A stretch of DNA of 64,000 nucleotides from Marsupella aquatica. Taxonomy: Eukaryota > Plantae > Marchantiophyta. The DNA is taken from NCBI GenBank assembly GCA_973895155.1, contig OZ316894.1, positions 8,208,234 to 8,272,233 of the forward strand, written 5' to 3'. The notes beneath the pieces were generated by a model. It was not told where the DNA came from. It did no database searches and worked only from the letters and a program-made list of their open reading frames with translations. Below are positions 60,051-64,000 of the stretch, piece by piece. The position numbers and the translations under genes were made by a program. Position 1 is the first letter of the stretch; every line of letters begins with the position of its first letter.

Positions 60051-63000
60051 CTTATTTCCGGAGGTCAAGCTTTTGACAAAAAATCTTGCGCGAGCAAAAA
60101 AGGGGATCCCACAAGGGGCCCATTGATAGATGACTAGCTTCGGTAATGCTTTTGCTTGATTGTGCCCTCAAGTTCATGTAAAGTGAAGTGTAGCCAGTTT
60201 CCACATATGAATAGTGAGGATTGCATCTTTTACTTGGAGAGCCATCAGATCTGGTGATTAACCCCATTCAAAATGAGGGCCGTTTGTTCTCCACAGCCAT
60301 TACTAATAGTTGCCAATTCTACCTCAATAAAAAGTCTTGAGTGACCACTTTTGGTTAAAATTTGTCAGTATTTGTTTTTTGGGTTTGTCTTTAGTATTAG
60401 TCACTTTCTAAGTCACCTAACCACATACTCCAGTAGCCAGAAAGTTATCCCCAGTGATGTCTTTAAACCAAGAGAGATTTAATGCTCTTAAATTACGTTA
60501 GGGAATCTTCATAGCAGCTTCTCCTTCATAAGGTGACAACCCAAATAGTACCTAAAGCTCAAAAGTTCATTTATGATAACAGTATACATGGGTCACACTT
60601 TTAAATGGATGCTGCCGGCCTGCCCATTTCAGTTGGATGATTTTATTATAGCCCCTTGGACCCCATGAGCGAAGATGCTCCAGTTTCTATTTTGGTGATT
60701 TTATTACAACCCCTTGGGTCCCATAAGATGCTGTCGCTTCCATTTAGAGAATTTTATTTTAACCACGTGCACTATCCATTTAGATGATAATAGATTCAAA
60801 TCATTTTTTTTCCTGAGTGTTGAGGTTTGTGTGTGTAATAGCTTCAGCGGTGAACCCCTGGTGAAACCCAACTTATGGATGATTGGGGGCTTGCGAAAAT
60901 CTGGTCTACTTATGAGCCTTGATTGAACTAGGAATGCCACTTGCCACCCTGAAAAGTGCTACCGCTGAGATGCACTTGCTCGAATGACTGATGTTGAGCA
61001 AATTTTGCACCTATCATAAATTTGTGCACTGTCAGGACCATTTGGAAATGTGGATTAAGGTTGCGTCTTCACCTTCTGTGTAGGTAGAATATATGGGCAA
61101 AATGGGATTATGGCAGCAAGAAATGATTTTCCCAACAATGCTCATCTAGAATTCCAGAGTCCAAGAACTTGGTAGAGGTTTGCATACTAGTGAGCTACGT
61201 TAAGTATACCATTTCGGTGCTAGAGTAACACTAGGATCCTCTCAAGTGGTTAGATGAGTCATAAGGCAAAACTTTCATGTCCTTGTGTAGGAAACCAAAT
61301 TTATTCTTCCTTACGTGGGGCTTTAATTTTTGTAGTTTGAGGTTGGTGTTCTTCAATCCATGGATCACTCCTGATATTCATAAAGATCTTATCACCTTTT
61401 CCTTTCCATATTTATATAAAGTAGCATGTTTGAATGTTGTGGCTCCCGTTAATTTATCGAATCTGTATGGCTGAGATCTGAGTGCTTTGTGGCTGGGATT
61501 CTATAAATTACCTCCCACATGTAGCAATTCCTATCCTACTTGCTGATATACTGTAGTTAGTATATTCGATTTGGACCATTGACTCATGTCCCATTTTCAA
61601 ATGTGCACACTACGGTAGTCTAGTCCTTGAGTTAGCGTTCATGTATTCGTTTGGCACTTTTCTCTTTCCCTTTCTCTTTTCCCGTTTGTAGTATTGCACT
61701 TGTCTGGTGATTGCCCTCTGTGTACCTCTTTAGTATTGCAGGTGTGTGTCCTCTTGGTACCTCTTGGTTTTCCTACTTTGTTTTTCCTCATTTATCAATT
61801 TTGGCGAGGTATCAATTTTGGCGGAGGTGAAATTTGGTTTTTTTTCGAGTCAAAAACGGAGTCAGAGGTGTGTCCACGAATACAAACGCGCCGCATCCTT
61901 TGTTTTTCGCCTTCATGCACTGAGGCCCCTTTCAATCTTTCATCCACCAGAATCAGTGGAGAGATCAAAAGCTACACAATCAAACCGCGTCCGTTGTTTT
62001 CTCCAACCGAGACTCTCAGATACTGGAACACTTGGCCTTGAGGAGCATCAGATAAGATATCAAAAGCTCCTTTCCAAATGCCAATTGATCCTCGCTGACT
62101 TTGAGGGCCTGCAGTGGAGAAGCAGCCAGATGGCGATGGAGGTGAGTAGAGCACAGTACATGGGCCCAGACAAGTGTGTTGCTGCGCCACCGGACTCACT
62201 AGCTTGAATGTGTCATGTTGTCAAGTTGCCATGCTATTTGTTGATCCGTTCCGAAGTTGTGAACATGACAACGATAACAGCCTGTGATCGAAAGGCAGTT
62301 TTTGGTCCGCTCATCAAGTGCCGTTGAGAACCTTGCAGCGAGCTTTTCAGGGTGATGTCACAGCTGGGAGCTCGCTGGGACGATATCACAACAGTCGTGG
62401 CGGATTGAGTTTCATAATGTATACATTTTTGGGTTAAGAGGTCGGGATTTCTCCGGACCTCGACTTCTGCCAAGCTAGGGGTAATTCCGACGACGCATCT
62501 TAATGCTGATATCTGTTTGGGCAATTTGCACGAGTATGTAGCTTAGGTGATCTGTCCCATGTTTCGAGGGGCATTTGTATCGACGACAGGCAGCTGCTTG
62601 TATGACCCAGCCAATTCCAGTTGGAAACGAGATGTGCACGCATCAAATTGAAACGTTGGCATGGGCGAGCAACATTGCGTTTTCTTCATAGTGAGAGGTG
62701 ACGAAATCTCAGTGGCGGTGGTCGTCTTATACATATGATCGAGGCATTTACTGAGCTAGATTCTGATTCGGTCAGTGGAGAAATTAACTTAGGCTTCTTT
62801 CAATTTAATTTTGCAGTGCTACTGAAAAAGACGATCAAGAGAATAATGGGATTAACGTTTGGCCAGTGGAGAAATTAACCTAGCTAGTCGAATTGATCTG
62901 TGTTTACTTCGATTGCGGTACGCGCTAGCACTGAGTGTAAAGATCAACATTGCACTACACGTACTCGCTCCTAGGTGACCTCCGTCACGCGTACACTGAT

Positions 63001-63235
63001 TACTTCGAAGTGCCTAGTTGGAAGGACGGAAGAGGTATTATTGCTGGGATTCTGCGCTTGCTGCTGATTACATCGACCGTCGGTCCAATTTTAGCTCAAA
63101 GTGGTGAGTTTCCCCTGGGCCGTAAATTGGTTAGATCGAGAGTTGGTGGCTTTGGTCGGCCTGGCCTCTACTCTCTGTGTCAAATCTAACGCTCTACAAT
63201 TTCCACTAAAACGTTTCCGGCAACTGTGCAAATCA

Positions 63236-63380
63236 CATTGCATTCTCTAGACTCAGTTGGAATATTTCAATTGTACAAGACTACTTTCAAGGTGATACAA
63301 CCTTAATCATTGCATTCTCTAGACTCAGTTGGAATATTTCAATTGTACAAGACTACTTTCAAGGTGATACAACCTTAATC
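63236..63380. repeat. Perfect 72-bp tandem duplication
   Basis: cattgcattctctagactcagttggaatatttcaattgtacaagactactttcaaggtgatacaaccttaat x2. Confidence 0.9.
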
Positions 63381-63559
63381 AGTTATCAAAGCCCATTATT
63401 GACGCTGTTGCCGTATCTTATTGTCATGGGCGACCCTCAAGGAGCTTTCAGCACGGATTAATATATAGGGCCTGCAACCTTAATTGACTCCTTCACGTCA
63501 AGCTGTGTAAGTTCATGGACGTGTAGCTAAATTACCCTGAATTGTGCGCTTGTTTATAG

Positions 63560-64000
63560 GTATCCAGAGGATGACTATGACCGCATCTGGTCAGCACCAG
63601 AGGATTGGGCCAAAGAGCTTCTGACTGTCAACACGAACCAATCTCGCTTCAAATGGGCTGAAAGAGCGACCACCAGTGAAGGTAATGGAAGATGCTTGGC
63701 ACTATTCGCTCAGGTTCAGTTACACTCACATATACGAAGGGGTCACTTCCGTTGGTCAAATTGCTACCTACAGCTACTTCCAGGACATCAGTGGATCAGC
63801 CAACGCTACCTACGTCAGAGGGATGCAGTACATCATCAATAGTTTGCTCATCGATACGTTCAATTTGACGTCAGATCAACCGTACGAGGTCAAAAGTTGC
63901 ATCCTGGATATCTACGATCGAAATAGCGTGACCATCGCTGTGCAAAAAGATCCTTTGTCCGATTTGGATCCCATCTTAAATGCCTTTGAGATCTACTTAG
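63560..64000 (+). pseudogene. Malectin-like domain exon (malectin-like RLK/RLP family), frameshifted; runs to the window edge
   Basis: After a TAG acceptor: (R)YPEDDYDRIW; then RPPVKVMEDAW and YFQDI...LDPILNAFEIY in other frames. Confidence 0.75.

Noticed and set aside
60100-62750. Short ORFs and exon-like segments (possible transposase remnant or upstream malectin-RLK exons)
   Set aside because: No motif could be recognised with confidence.

Overview
Eukaryotic DNA, almost certainly from a land plant (spliceosomal GT-AG introns, TTTAGGG repeats, plant RPL18a, EDM2 and malectin-like sequences, a Bianca-type Copia). The species cannot be determined from the sequence. The window is a nest of transposons. 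(1) A complete 17.3 kb CACTA element (11471-28738, TIRs and a TGA TSD) carries an EDM2-type composite PHD ORF, a tandem Pol-lambda-like BRCT ORF and a captured RPL18a exon. (2) There are two decayed DUF7869/Sola-like DDD/E transposase genes (37.9-41.7 kb and 54.1-57.5 kb) and two related spliced genes encoding a ParB/Srx-like domain plus a beta-class N6A/N4C DNA methyltransferase fold. One of these has recognisable catalytic motifs (45.6-53.3 kb, head-to-head with a transposase); the other is degenerate (0.1-5.6 kb). Each family has its own CATG-centred palindrome enriched in non-coding DNA (AACCATGGTT versus TCATGA). (3) A 4.67 kb TG..CA solo-LTR-like insert with a 5-bp TSD and an intact 1124-aa ORF splits the methyltransferase gene. 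(4) Also present are a truncated Bianca Copia, a non-LTR RLE remnant, local repeats and a malectin-like exon at the right edge. The most novel candidate system is the transposase + ParB-MTase + family-specific palindrome module. All domain calls are by-eye motif recognition; no database searches were run.
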